A stretch of DNA of 64,000 nucleotides from positions 160,952,001 through 161,016,000 of the forward strand of contig NC_042999.1 of NCBI RefSeq assembly GCF_006345805.1. Direction: 5' to 3'. How positions within the stretch are numbered: position 1 is the stretch's first letter; each line of letters starts with the position of its first letter. Shown here one piece after another: positions 23,951 through 38,398 of the stretch. The stretch is from Octopus sinensis (taxonomy: Eukaryota). Under the pieces are notes generated by a model, which was given only the letters and a program-made list of their open reading frames with translations, did not search any database and was not told where the DNA came from. Both the position numbers and the translations under genes were made by a program.

Positions 23951-24034
23951 CTTTCCTGATGAGAAGATTAAATTATTTTACACCGTTTCTTCCTTTGGGA
24001 TAAAACCAATGTTGTCTTCGAAACATGTCGAAAG
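23951..24034 (+). ncRNA. Type I hammerhead ribozyme, canonical core
   Basis: Stem I CUUUC/GAAAG, CUGAUGA (23956-23962), stem II GAAGA/UCUUC with 47-nt loop, GAAA, palindromic stem III ACAUGU, GUC cleavage triplet (C at 24029). Confidence 0.85.
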
Positions 24035-24229
24035 TAAAAGAATTTGAATGACACCTGCGTTCAACTCAATTTATTTACTTATACTATACAAATTACTGCA
24101 CAGTAACCCGCAGTTTCTACCTTTGAATAGGTCACTACATCCTTGTTACTTGCGTGAATTTTGCTACCTTGGTAACTGTTTATTGAATTTTCCATGTTAA
24201 CAGTAAACAAAGGATAATTCATTCATCCA

Positions 24230-24699
24230 TTTAAATATATACATCATATATATTAAATATATACATCATATATATATAAATATATACATCATATATATAT
24301 AAATATATATATATCATATAATATACATTATATATATATAAATATAGACATTATATATATATATAAATATAGACATTATATATATATATAAATATATACA
24401 TATATATATAAATATATACATTATCATATATATATATATATATATATATACATAATAATATATATATATATAAATATATACATTATATATATAAATATAT
24501 ACATTATATATTATTATATATACATATATATTATATATACATTATATATATATAATATATATATATATATACATATATAAATAAATATATACATTATATA
24601 TATACATATAAATAAATATATACATTACATATTTATATAAATAAATATATACATTATATATATATATATATATAAGTATCCACATATATACATTATATT
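24230..24699. repeat. (TA)n-rich simple repeat
   Basis: Degenerate TA/TACA/CATTA repeats. Confidence 0.95.
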
Positions 24700-25875
24700 G
24701 GAAAATTGGGAGAATGGCTTCATGACTTTCTGAAGGATAGAAGTCAGGTGGTAGTAGCCAAGTGGGCCACCTCCAATAAACAGTAAATAGTGAGCGGTGT
24801 TCCGCAAGGCACTGTTTTCGGACCACTACTGTTCATAATGGCCCTCTCAGACATGCCCTCAGCCACGCAGAGTGCCACGATCACAAGTTATGCAGATGAT
24901 ACAAAAGTTTCACAAGGTAATACAGAACTCTGAACACACTATGCACCTGCAATGTGAGCTGGACAAAATATACAAGTGGGCTGAAAAAATAGCATGCAGT
25001 TCAATGCTGAAAAGTTTCAAGCTTTATGCTATCAGCATGCAAAACTAAATGCAATACCCATAAATACACTGGACCTGGAGGGATTGCAATCCCAGAGGCA
25101 CTATCAGTGCGAGACCTGGGTATCTGCATGAGTGATGATGCAAACTTTCATCTGCATGTTGCTAATTGGCAATGAAATGTAGGCGGCTGACTGGATGGAT
25201 TCTTAGAGCTTTAGAACAAGAGACCAGGAAACCATGATGGTCCTCTGGAGGACACTAGTCCTAAGCCACTTTGACTATTGCTCTCAGCTATGATCACCAA
25301 TCAGTGTCAAGTTAATCACAGAACTTGAGGCGATCCAACGAAGCTACATGAAGAAGATAGCCTCTGTGCAGCATATAAGCTATTGGGAAAGTCTCAAGAG
25401 GTTAAGACTATTCCTTAGAGCGTAGGGAGAAAGATATGCCATAATATACATCTGGAAGATCCAAGAAGGACTTGTCCCAAACTTTGGTATCGAGAGTTAC
25501 ACAAATACTAGAACTGGGCGCCACTGCATAGTGCCAAGGACTCCAAATTTGCCATCAAGATGTAGGACAAGATATTGTGATAACCTAGGCTTCAGAGGTT
25601 CACAGCTCTTCAATATCCTCCCGAAGGACCTGAGAGACCTGCATGGGGTGGATGCAGATGTCTTTAAATTAAAACTGGATCTCTTCCTGTCAGGTGTCCC
25701 AGATGAAACAATTTCACGGCAGGAGGTGCAGATGAGGGCAGCTGCATCAAACTCTCTCATGCACCAAATGGCAATTGCTAAAAAGCATTCGTGAAGTAAA
25801 ACTATGTAGCAACACTAAATGGCGGTGCCCCAGCATGGCCACAGCTCGTGAGCTGAAACGATATAAAATAAAATA
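24700..25875 (+). mobile_element. 5'-truncated CR1-type LINE (RT C-terminal half and 3' tail), frameshifted
   Basis: SGVPQGTVFGPLLF, SYADDTK, RDLG, LDLFLSGVPDE; tail ggcggtgccccagcatggccacagctcgtgagctgaaac. Confidence 0.92.
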
Positions 25876-26262
25876 AATATATTATATTATATATAATATA
25901 TATAACATATATATATATTACATTTATATATATATATATATATATACACATTATATATATACATTATATACATACTATATATATATGTATATACGTATAT
26001 ACATATATAATATGTACATTATATATATATATAGATATACACATTATATATATACATTATATACATACTATATATATATGTATATACGTATATACATATA
26101 TTATATATATATATATATAATATACATATATAATACATACCTATATATATATACATATATTTATCATATCATATAATACATATATATGTTATATACATAT
26201 ATAGCATATATATACATATATATTGTATACATATCATATATATACAATATTTACATATACAT

Positions 26263-26297
<35 letters not shown>

Positions 26298-26305
26298 TAT
26301 ATACG
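25876..26305. repeat. (TA)n-rich simple repeat
   Basis: Degenerate TA array. Confidence 0.95.
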
Positions 26306-26404
26306 AAAATTCTTTAATTAAATTTCTGTGATCCTCTTGTCTGCCTTTTGAATTTTGCTCCATCTTTTTGCACCACCCATGTTATTATATATACATATGA
26401 CCCC

Positions 26405-26720
26405 TGGACTGGTGGCACGTAAAAAGCACCATCCGAATCGTGGCCAATGCCAGTGCCGCCTCGACTGGCTTCCATGCCGGTGGCACGTAAAATGCACCAA
26501 TCCGATCGTGGCCGTTGCCAACCTTGCCTGGCACCTGTGCAGGTGGCACGTAAATGCACCCACTACACTCACGGAGTGGTTGGCATTAGGAAGGGTATCC
26601 AGCTGTAGAAACACTGCCAGATCAGACTGTGCCTGGTGCAGCCTTCTGGCTTCCCAGACCCCAGTTGAACCGTCCAACCCATGCTAGCATGGAAAGCAGA
26701 CGCTAAACGATGATGATGAT
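26405..26720 (+). mobile_element. RTE-type 3' tail element with three internal repeats
   Basis: ggtggcacgtaaa at 26411, 26479 and 26542; ends aaacgatgatgatgat. Confidence 0.75.
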
Positions 26721-28430
<1,710 letters not shown>

Positions 28431-28520
28431 AGTAAAAGAATAGCCAAAACTCTTTGACTGCTATTTCTAAATTCGGTGTGTGGTGAGGCAAATCGTTGCT
28501 AAACCCTTAATTACTTAGTA
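28431..28520 (-). mobile_element. Solo terminus of the TIR element at 51698-52159
   Basis: aactctttgactgctatttctaaattcggtgtgtggtgaggc...cttagta nearly identical to 52088-52159; embedded in (TA)n. Confidence 0.85.
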
Positions 28521-29231
28521 TATATTATATTATATATATATATATATATAATATATATTCTGTATGCGAATGTGTATGCCCACACGTGCATGCTTGCAGA
28601 CATACACATCAGTAGTTATCGTACTCTCTCTTACATTAGAATTCTTTACAATCTAACTTTTGTCGTATCATGCTTTATCCAGACATGCAAAGCCCACAAC
28701 TAAAGCTTTCTTATACAGCATGCACAACATTATTACACTGTACAATGCGGCGTCATGCTCTATTTCATTTGACCGTGTCTCCGGCAAGATTGTTGGTTAT
28801 GAAAAGCATGTCACCAATAGTCTTGATGTTATATAACATAAACAGTTCCATAGGAAATAAAATAAAATCTCTGTGTCTACACACACACATGCATGCTTAC
28901 ATACATACAAATACTTATATGCTTCGCATCTATTTATCTACACTTATAATTGTGAGTTGATCTTTATTTTTTTCATAGGTAAGGGTGATGCTGTGAAATC
29001 GAAATCTCTGTCTATTACAATTCTAACTAATTACATTTCCAACACAGGTGTGTATCAAGTAATTCGAATTTCTGTTCGCGATAATACCAAAAATGCAAAG
29101 AAATATTCAATCATATCCGTATGGGTGTGTGTAAACATGGATTTTTATGAAAGGGTTCTTTCTGAAAAACCAAAGGAAAAGGAAAACTACTTGGAGAAAG
29201 AAATGAAAACAATAACAAAAATCTGACTCAC

Positions 29232-29700
29232 CATGCGTCTGAAAACGTTCGTTGTAAATCGGTTTCGTAAATACAATTGACTGATTCTATTTAGACTTGT
29301 TCAACACTGCAGCAGTAGTCGTACTTCTCATGTCATTTACTGGAGACCAAATAAACAATGAAGAATGGTAGAGTGCGAAGGCGGAGATATTCCAGCACCA
29401 CTGAACGTCGTCATTTAACAGAAGAAAGACGTAGGTAGAGTCAACCGGCTGATGTGATCAGAGAGAAAAAAAAAAGAACAGAGAAGATAAATTTATCAGC
29501 AGTGGTGTGATGGTAGCGAAAAGGGTTGTGGTGAAAGTTTGTAGTCGTAGTAGTGTTAGCGACTGATAAACACAATTTGTCTGAGATTAATATCAATAGC
29601 GAAGCTGACTGAATGCGCTGGAGATGCTTCTCTTCTCGTAAGCAGCAGTCAAAAGTGAACATTAACTACCCTAGTCTTGTTTATTATCAATATAAAACCT
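29232..29700 (-). other. Candidate 5' exon of a minus-strand host gene (ATG directly before a donor site)
   Basis: Non-repetitive sequence ending ...cagacgcATG|GTGAGT (ATG 29234-29232); TCAGT Inr-like motifs upstream. Motif evidence only. Confidence 0.25.
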
Positions 29701-30613
29701 GACTTATATCTTTAAACATCGTAATACTTCTTTTCTCTTCTATACACGCAGTAAATAAACTCGTTTTGTTTTTCTGCTCACCATCCCGAGAGACAATTAT
29801 GTCAGGGACAGATTTTAAGAACCCGCTCCACCAGCTTCTTATCATTTCCATTAATTACATGCTGATATAAGTTAAGGTCTCTACATTCATTCCTCATGTA
29901 GAATTACAAACAAAGAAACTATAATTAAAAGAAGAGCGAGTACATATTCTCGGGGAGTAAGACCTTTTTGGGAAATCCGGTTTCGACGAAAATCAAGTGA
30001 TTAAAATTTAATTACATTTGTTTTTATGTTCCTATGGGATATGAATGATCATTTTCACTTCTGAATTGTCAGCTCCAGAGAAGGCTGTCAACTTTACCTC
30101 TCCCTGGTTTTTATTTTCAGTTTACCAACCACAGCAACACCGGCAAACGTCTTTGACGAACGCAGTAGGGGAGAAACACCACGACTGTGATTCTTAATGT
30201 TTTTTTCACGGGAGATCAAATAAAAACTTATTGGCAATAAACGTATTTAATGCAATTTTTAAAAGCGAATCTTCAAAACTATATCTTTTATCTTTTATTT
30301 TTAACCTATTGGGACATCATCTTGAAGGGTTTAGTCAAACAAACTACCATTGTAATTATTATTTCTAAGTTTGGTACTTGTTCTGTCAGTCTTTTTTGCT
30401 TAGCTGCTAATAAGTCAAGTTGAGGTAAACAAACCAGCATCGGTCGTCAATCAGTGGTAGCACACACACACGTCGAGCGCGGCAGGCTTCTTTCAGTTTT
30501 ATTGCCAACCGCGAAGGAATATCTTCTAGATATTATCTTCCCACAAGGCGTGATGCTGTGGACAGAATATGAAAAAGGAAATTATCAATGGACAAAGTTG
30601 ACTGTACTGAGAC

Positions 30614-31146
30614 CACTAACGTAGCTAGAGTGTGTGCCGCCCGGAGGTGACCCTTCCGTTTGCCGTCCCCGGATTCCACAGAGTGGCTGTGTGGTAAGTA
30701 TCTTGTTTACCAACCACATGGTTCCGGGTTCAGTCCCACTGCGTGGCACCTTGGGCAAGTGTCTTCTACTATAGCCTCGGGCCGACCAAAGCCTTGTGAG
30801 TGGATTTGGTAGACGGAAACTGAAAGAAGCCTGTTGTATATATGTATATATATATATATGCGTGTGTCTGTGTTTGTCCCCCTAGCATTGCCTGACAACC
30901 GATGCTGGTGTGTTTATGTCCCCGTTACTTAGCGGTTCGGCAAAGGAGACCGATAGAATAAGTACTGGGCTTACAAAAGAATAAGTCCCGGGGTCGAGTT
31001 GCTCGATTAAAGGCAGTGCTCCAGCATGGCCGCAGTCAGATGACTGAAACAAGTAAAAGAGAAAAGAGAGTACAGCAGACCCAAAAGTGTCGCCCCTTTA
31101 AAAGTGCCGCCTGGGGCGGACCTCCCCCACCCCAGCTACGTTAGTG
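30614..31146. mobile_element. hAT MITE with perfect 13-bp TIRs and 8-bp TSD
   Basis: cactaacgtagct / agctacgttagtg; TSD actgagac at 30606-30613 and 31147-31154; related fragment at 58345-58457. Confidence 0.9.
30681..31070 (+). mobile_element. SINE family A nested in the hAT MITE
   Basis: Family A body and tail. Confidence 0.93.
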
Positions 31147-31159
31147 ACTGAGACCGGTG

Positions 31160-31507
31160 GGTCAAAAGAATATTGGTTGAACTTAAAAATCGACCAGGTA
31201 TTGTTGTGTGGGATCTTGTTGTGGAAGTTATCTACCCTCTGTACAGCAATGGTGTTTGAAAAATAAAGGTGGAAGAAAACATCTGTGGACCATTGATAAG
31301 GAGTTTGCAAATCCAGTACCTAAAATATACTTTCAGTTTCATACCTATAATTATTGGAGCAACTGGATGCGTACCAGCCCGCCTGGAGCAAAGTACAGCT
31401 GAACTTGGGTTCTTGGGGGGGGTGGGGGTGCAACTCCTTAATTCATACACTACAAATGATCACTATATCTGGGACAATAAAAATCTGCAAAACCTTAAGA
31501 TTTAAAG
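31160..31507 (+). mobile_element. R4/Dong-type LINE 3' fragment (restriction-like endonuclease region)
   Basis: NRPGIVVWDL-VVEVIYP, ENICGPLIRSLQIQY..FIPIIIGATG..LGF..ISGTIKICKT. Confidence 0.75.
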
Positions 31508-31882
31508 GATGATGTATGTGTAGTTTGGGTTCTAATTGGATAGACAACCAAATGAAAGCCATTGTTATTGTTTACGTGTTTATTTACTATTCATGTTACA
31601 CGGACTCGACATTCAGTGTAGTGATACATAATACACACTATTTGTATTGTTCACTAACAAAATAGTGCCAAAAGTGGGGATGTATTCTGCATACATAAAC
31701 ACATAGATATGAATGTGTAACAGATGATAAACAAAACAAGTTACTTTCCTTCACAACCTTGTCAAGCAGATGGAGGGTCAAAATTAACTCTAAATCACAT
31801 AATAACAGTAAAAAAAAAAAAAGAAAGAAGAAAACACGCATATATTCACAAACACACACATGCATGCATCTATCCATCTACA

Positions 31883-32214
31883 TATAGGGACAACTGCTTC
31901 GAAACCTCCAACTTCTATTATCAGAGTATGAATTCAAATTCATACCAATAATAATTGGAGCAGTAGGTTTTGTCAGTGAATGCTTAAAGGAGAATCTGGA
32001 TAAACTGGGATTTTCAGAAAGAGAAATCGACCGGCTAGTTCGTACATTACAAGTGCAATCTGTGAGTGGAACAGTAAAAATATACAAGACTTTTCTCAAG
32101 TTCCAAATGTGAATTCGTCTGTGTTAACTACATCCCAAAGATGGAACCGTGTATCTTTCTTGGAAACCGGCTCCCTCCTCTGTGGAAGATTCATAATGAT
32201 TAAAAAATAGAAGA
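31883..32214 (+). mobile_element. R4/Dong-type LINE 3' end ending in TACA/CATA repeats
   Basis: LLRNLQLL..EYEFKFIPIIIGAVGFVSECLKENLDKLGFS..LQVQSVSGTVKIYKTFLKF*; 3' UTR gaaaccggct..; followed by tacatacatac. Confidence 0.82.
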
Positions 32215-32369
32215 TACATACATACAAACAAATAAACTAATAATACAATACTGTACAAAATTTTGTGGTATTTTCCCTCCAGCAAAATTTTTAAAGCGGC
32301 AAAAAATTCATTGCTATTCTAACTAAAAAAAAGTTAATAATTTTGGCACAAAGCCAGTAATTTTAAGGG

Positions 32370-32489
32370 AAAAGGGTTAGTCGATTATATCGACCCTGCT
32401 ACTCGACTGACACTTTTTATTTATATCGAGATCAAAAGATGAAAGGCAAAGTCAACCTCACCCGGCATGCTAACGAGTCGTCCTCTTAA

Positions 32490-32534
<45 letters not shown>

Positions 32535-32753
32535 CCTTTCTACTAAAGGCACAAGGCCCGAAATTTTCGGGGAGGGGACTAATCGATTACATCGACCCCA
32601 GTGTTTCACTGGTACTTAATTAATTTATAGACACCGAAAGGATGAAAGGCAAAGTCTACCTCGGCGATATTTGAACTCAAAGCGTAGCGACGGGCGAAAT
32701 ACCGCTAAGCATTTCGTCCAGCGTGTTAACGATTCCGCCAGCTCGCCGCCTTA

Positions 32754-32787
<34 letters not shown>

Positions 32788-33200
32788 TAATAATAATAAT
32801 AATTCTTTCTACTGGAAGCACAAGGCCTCAGATTTGGGGTAAGGGATTAAAGTCGATTATATCGATCCTAGTGCGTAACTGGTACTTGTTTAACCGACCC
32901 TGAAAGGATGAAAGGCAAAGTTGACCTCGGCGGAATTTGAACTCAGAACTTAGCGGCAGACGAAATACCTATTTCTTTACTACCCACAAGGGGTTAAACA
33001 CAGAGAGGACAAACAAGGACAGACAAACGGATTAAGTCGATTATATCAACCCCAGTGCGTAACTGGTACTTACTTAATTGACCCCGAAAGGATGAAATGC
33101 AAAGTCGACCTCGGCGGAATTTGAACTCAGAACGTAACGTCAGACGAAATACGGTTACGCATTTCGCCCGGCGTGCTAACGTTTCTGCCAGCTCGCCGCC
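32370..33200 (-). mobile_element. Cluster of about four SINE family C copies separated by (AAT)n
   Basis: Repeated gaaaggatgaaaggcaaagtcgacctcggcggaatttgaactc cores; heads end near 32752 and 33200. Confidence 0.88.
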
Positions 33201-34624
33201 TGTCTTTTTTGGTACATTGTCACGGCACTGTATTTACATACCTCGAATCATACATTTCCCCCACCCACAAAACCACTTTAAATATCTTTCAGTAAATGTA
33301 TGATGAAACCTGATAAATTTTATTAGTATTATTTTTTTTTTACAAAATACCTTTGTAAAATACAGGTGCGCCTTATACGAGAGTGTGTCTTAAATGCCAG
33401 CTAATAATGTAATCTTTATGAAAACAGCAAAGTATTTTCAGAAGGCATTCAGGAAAACGCTTTCAAAAGGCAAACAAATGTCGCACATTTAATATAGTGA
33501 GTTGAAAACGCTGATCAACAGAAATTAGTCAAATAATAAGTATGATGTTTAAATTCAAAAACAAAAAACGTAAGAAACACCCTTACAATAATGATTCATT
33601 CCACCCTAAAAGGTTTGCTTCCAGTCAGTGCAATGGGCTGTTCCGAGTTAAGTGACTCGCTAATAGGAAAGAAGGCAACTGAGAAGATAATATTAACATC
33701 TGACATTTGAAGTAGTTGTCTAATTTACGATCGACGGGGTCACACATGTTCGTCATTTCCCTTGCATTAAATCGTGCCATCTGGTCAGGTATTAAATATG
33801 ACACTTTAAAAGGAAGAGAGGTTTTATTGTTGGCCCACCAGAGGAAATCGTGACAGTTACTTATTTGGAAGGAAGTATTACTTTTGAAAAATCTAATTTC
33901 GTATTGCAATTATTCACAATTTTCTTTATAGTCCTAAAACTTAAACCAGCCAACCGCGAAACTTTCTAAACGGCACACCCAACAAAAAATTATTTTGAAA
34001 TTTTTTTAGTGGTGCGATCTGCCTGATGATGCGACCCACTTCTCGGAGGAGTTTGCCCATGCCTGGTTTAAACTGATACAGAAAGAATTTAAAAAATGAG
34101 GATGTATAAAAATGAGGACACGTCTTAAAGAGAGAAAGCACATGCAGATTCAGGGGTTTCTTAATACACTTTACTCCAATAAACGATGGGATGGTTATGA
34201 CTGGAATGTCTTTGGAATACCAACCAAGGGTAAGCATCAGCAACAAAAGACAACGAAGGAGGATCCTCAAAGGTTCTGTAGAAATAGGATTCATACAGAG
34301 CAGTGCAGCTGTAGAATCGGTACTTGGTCGTGTCTTTTAGCGGCCTGGGATTAAAGCTCACCGAAAGCCGACTTTGTTTTTCATTGTTCCGGATGAAATG
34401 TGTGTTTATACAAGTGTGTATGTGCACGTGAGTAGTTCGTTAAAAATTAGTATGATACAGGTACTGGAATCGACTATACACTCCTCCTACCATGTCAGTG
34501 TCTTGGGCCTGACAAGACCCTGTCATTTTAAGAACCAGTACTAGGATGTTGAGATGTTCATGCCTTATGAGAATATATTAGCAATATAAACGGTGGTAAC
34601 TAATGTTAAATAATAATGATAATG

Positions 34625-34995
34625 GTTTCAAATTTTGTGGGAGGGGATGAATCGATTACATCGACCCAGTGTTTAACTGGTACTTATTTTATCGACTTCT
34701 AAAGAATGAAAGGCAAAGTTAACCTCGGTGGAATTTGAACTCGGAACATAACAACAGACAAAATACCTATTTCTTTACTACCCACAAGGGGCTACACACA
34801 GAGGAGTCAAACAAGGACAGACAAACGGATTAAGTCGATTATATCGACCTCAGTGCGTAACTGGTACTTATTTAATCTACCCCGAAAGGATGAAAGGCAA
34901 AGTCGACCTCGGCGGAATTTGAACTCAGAACGTAACGGCAGACGAAATACGGCTACGCATTTCGCCCGGCGTGCTAACGTTTCTGCCAGCTCGCT
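34625..34995 (-). mobile_element. Tandem SINE family C copies
   Basis: Two family C cores. Confidence 0.88.
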
Positions 34996-35506
34996 TCCTT
35001 AATAATAATGAAAACAAAAATAAAGCACTGGCTCTCATGTCTTCTGATTTTAATCGATTGGAAGTATTATCATGTACCTGTTTTGTCTTGGTAATAAAGA
35101 TGGGCTACAGCAAATATTCTGCTCAATATCACAAATTTGCTTTGTTTGGCCATAACCAGTTGAGCATGTCCCTTAATGGCTGACAATATGTGCATCTCTG
35201 ATCACGAGCAGAAGTAGTGGGGGAGCATCATAGCCATGTGTTGAGAGGAATTCTTTGAATTTTGAACAATCTATTGTATACACTTTATATGACTAATGCA
35301 ATATGCAAGTTCAAATATAAACATGGAAGTTGCAAACTTAATGAATCTGACTGCAACTCTATACAACACTTTCTCGTGCTTTTAACTATGCATCTGCAGC
35401 TGTTGACGCACACACATACATACATACACACACACATATACATACTACACACATACATACATACATACATACATACATACATACATACATACATACATAC
35501 ATACAT

Positions 35507-35704
35507 AGTTAATCCAAACAAGAAAGCACAAAAAAAATACAACAACGAGAGGACGTGGAACAAATATAGTAATATTGGACGCTCAGGAAAGAAGGAGGGT
35601 TTAACGTTTCGAGCGGAGCTCTTCGTTGGAAACATAGGAGAAGGAAAGATCCAGAGAAGGGAAGACAGAGGAAAAAAATCGCCAACGGTACACATGAGGT
35701 CACA
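35507..35704 (-). mobile_element. Solo R1 repeat with decayed hammerhead-like motif
   Basis: Matches unit 11027-11222; GUUU-CCAACGA-A-GAGC-UCC-GCUC-GAAAC-GUU-AAAC at 35599-35633. Confidence 0.75.
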
Positions 35705-35786
35705 TACACGCATAGACACACACACGCATGCACCCCCACACACATACACACACGTCCATTCAAATTGTAATTGTATAAGAATGTAA

Positions 35787-36186
35787 TCTTTATATATAAA
35801 AGAGAGGTTGTGTGTCTGTCTCCTACGATTTAGATTCCTAACTACTCCCACATTTTGCGGTGCAGTTTAACCAAAACCGGGTATCTTATAGTCGTGATCC
35901 ATATCGAGCCCTTCTGGGTATTAGCACGCGTCTACGATGAGTCTACGATTAAAAAAAAAATTTACCATCATTTTTTTCCATTTTAATGCATATTTTTTCG
36001 CTATTATATAAGGGAAGTAACTCTCTAAAAATGTCTACGATGAGTCAACGATTTAAAAAAAAAATTTACCATCATTTTTTTTCCATTTTTAATGCATTTT
36101 TTGCTATTTTTTGGCTATAACTCTCTAAAAATGCTTATATAGTTATTTCCCTTACAAACGCGAGCAACGCCAGGCGATACTGCTAG
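35787..36186 (+). mobile_element. Non-autonomous Helitron H1
   Basis: A|TC start, CTAG|T end, subterminal hairpin. Confidence 0.92.
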
Positions 36187-37490
36187 TATACAATAGCTTA
36201 AGAAAACGCTAAAAATACGAGTATTCTATATGAAATACCTATCTTCTGAATAACAAGAAGACCAATCTTAGTATGAGTGGCATTAGCTAAACTTGTTCCA
36301 GAACAAAAGAATTAGATAACGCATCTCAGAGACAAGCAGTGAATATTTGATACTAAAGGCCAGAGGATGTATAACCCAGAAACAAGTCAACATTAAGAAA
36401 CAAAAATGTTAACAGTTCTTTCACGCTGAACCTGGAAAGCTAACAAAAATAAAAAAATAAATAAAACAGCATTAACAGCCAGCAGTTCAAATATTATCGT
36501 CCAGACGATAATTTGTTGGACTTTGGAACATTATTATTCCAAATTAAATTAAATTTTATAAAAAGCGATTATATAAGCAAAACAATTGCCAATGTGAAAC
36601 TGGAGCATAATTGTTTTCATTGCTACATCTCTAAAAAAAGAACTTGCATCCTATCAATAATAAATGTTTATTTGTTTATGAAAGTTCAAAGGTCAGAAAT
36701 TAAATTATGCAACTTCTTTTGTCTAATGTTCTCCCACCTCTCTCAATTCAGCACAATTCAGTAATTTTGATATGAACTTTACAAATGACAACAACTTAAA
36801 AAAAGTTTTACACTTAAACGCATATCATTAAAAAGAGAGAAAAAAAAAAAAAAGGAGATTGTGGGGGTATACACATGTGTTGCTGGAGTGCAATGGGGTG
36901 TTACTGGAAAGTTTTCTCCAGGGCGTAGGTCCGGATAAGTTTATATGGAAAACCAGCGATTAGCCATGCATCAAGTCTCACTTCTCCACACCATTGATAA
37001 TGTCCAAAATTGTCCAAAGGTAGGACAAGCGCCGATACGGACTTGAATCAATCTCATTGCAGATGTCGCCAGAACGAAGTTAAGACATTGTCGGATTGTC
37101 CTAGTGACTCCAACACCCCATTTGTTGACAATTAATCTACACCAGCACGTGTCCAATACTGGTGTTTTAAGTATTGACCACAGAAGAATAGAAGGCAAAG
37201 ATAGCCTCGCATAATTTGAATACATACTGCAAAGAACCAGAATATACCAAGGTCAACTCTCTAACCATCAGCCGCTCCTTTATTCCTGTTATATTAGATA
37301 TTCCTCTTAAAAAAAAATCCTTAAAAATATTTTAGCCCGAAGGCCGCGGCCATGCTGGGGCACCACCGCTGGTATATATAGAAATTTTTTGTAAGGAAAA
37401 AAAAGGAAAAGAGAATTCTGCGCACCTTAAATTATTTCAGTACCGTGCTTTTATCTAGAAACACAGTTGCGTCATTATGATGAATCACAT

Positions 37491-37925
37491 GGATCTTTTC
37501 GGTTTGAACGGCAGTTTTTTCTAGCGGTGTCATATGAAATTGTCACCCATAATTATGACCCTAGTATCGATCTATTGCATTTCAATCTCTTTTACGGTTA
37601 GGGTTAGTTTGGGTTAGTTAGGGTTAGGGGTGGGGGGAAGGGTATCTTCTTTTCTTCACAAATGTAAATAAACCCAATCTGTTTCTTAAACGAGGGACAT
37701 ATTCATACGGCACAGAATGTTTTTTACCTCAATGGACGTCAGTGATTGGTTAAAATTGCAGAAATTGAAGAAAAAACAACAAAAATCTTACAAACTATAG
37801 AATTTTCTCAATAAAGCCAAGAGAAAACGATGTTTTATAAACACATTCTACCAGTATACGAAGTTTAAAATCTTTTAGTTACCTAGAAATTATGTTAAAA
37901 ACTGCCGTTCAAACCGAAAAGATCC
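37491..37925. mobile_element. MITE with perfect 29-bp TIRs, 7-bp TSD and internal TTAGGG-like tract
   Basis: ggatcttttcggtttgaacggcagttttt at both ends; atcacat at 37484-37490 and 37926-37932; ggttagggttagtttgggttagttagggttagggg at about 37596-37630. Confidence 0.92.
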
Positions 37926-38338
37926 ATCACATCAATAAACGGGTGAGACAGAGTAAAGCTAACTTGAATGCTTACAACAGAGTGATAGAGTTAAGGGCAG
38001 AAAAGGGTCATGTTGTGGTGTGAAACCGGGAGAAGGACTAAATCTCTTCACAAAAGCTTACTCTTCATTTATGAATTTTAAATTCTTTGTGTTATGGCCA
38101 GTGTCAGCAGAGATTTAATGGAATGGACCAGGCACGGGTTTTCGTTCTCGAGAAGTGGGCTGCATGAGACATAGCTCATCGTCAGGAGGTGCCGCATTAC
38201 TAAGATACATTCAAAGTAATTTTTCGTGAGGCCTGCTATTCAGAAAGTCCCACGAGCCGCAGTTTGCTCATGATTGGAACACACACACACACACACACGC
38301 ACGCTAGAGGGGGTGGCGGTAGGGAGGGAAAGAGAGAA

Positions 38339-38398
<60 letters not shown>

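Noticed and set aside
34145-34235. Possible exon FRGFLIHF.. ending AGG|GTAAGC
   Set aside because: No polypyrimidine acceptor, and the resemblance to any known domain is too short.
37596-37630. Interstitial telomere or chromosome fusion scar
   Set aside because: Only a few degenerate TTAGGG units, and they lie inside a MITE.
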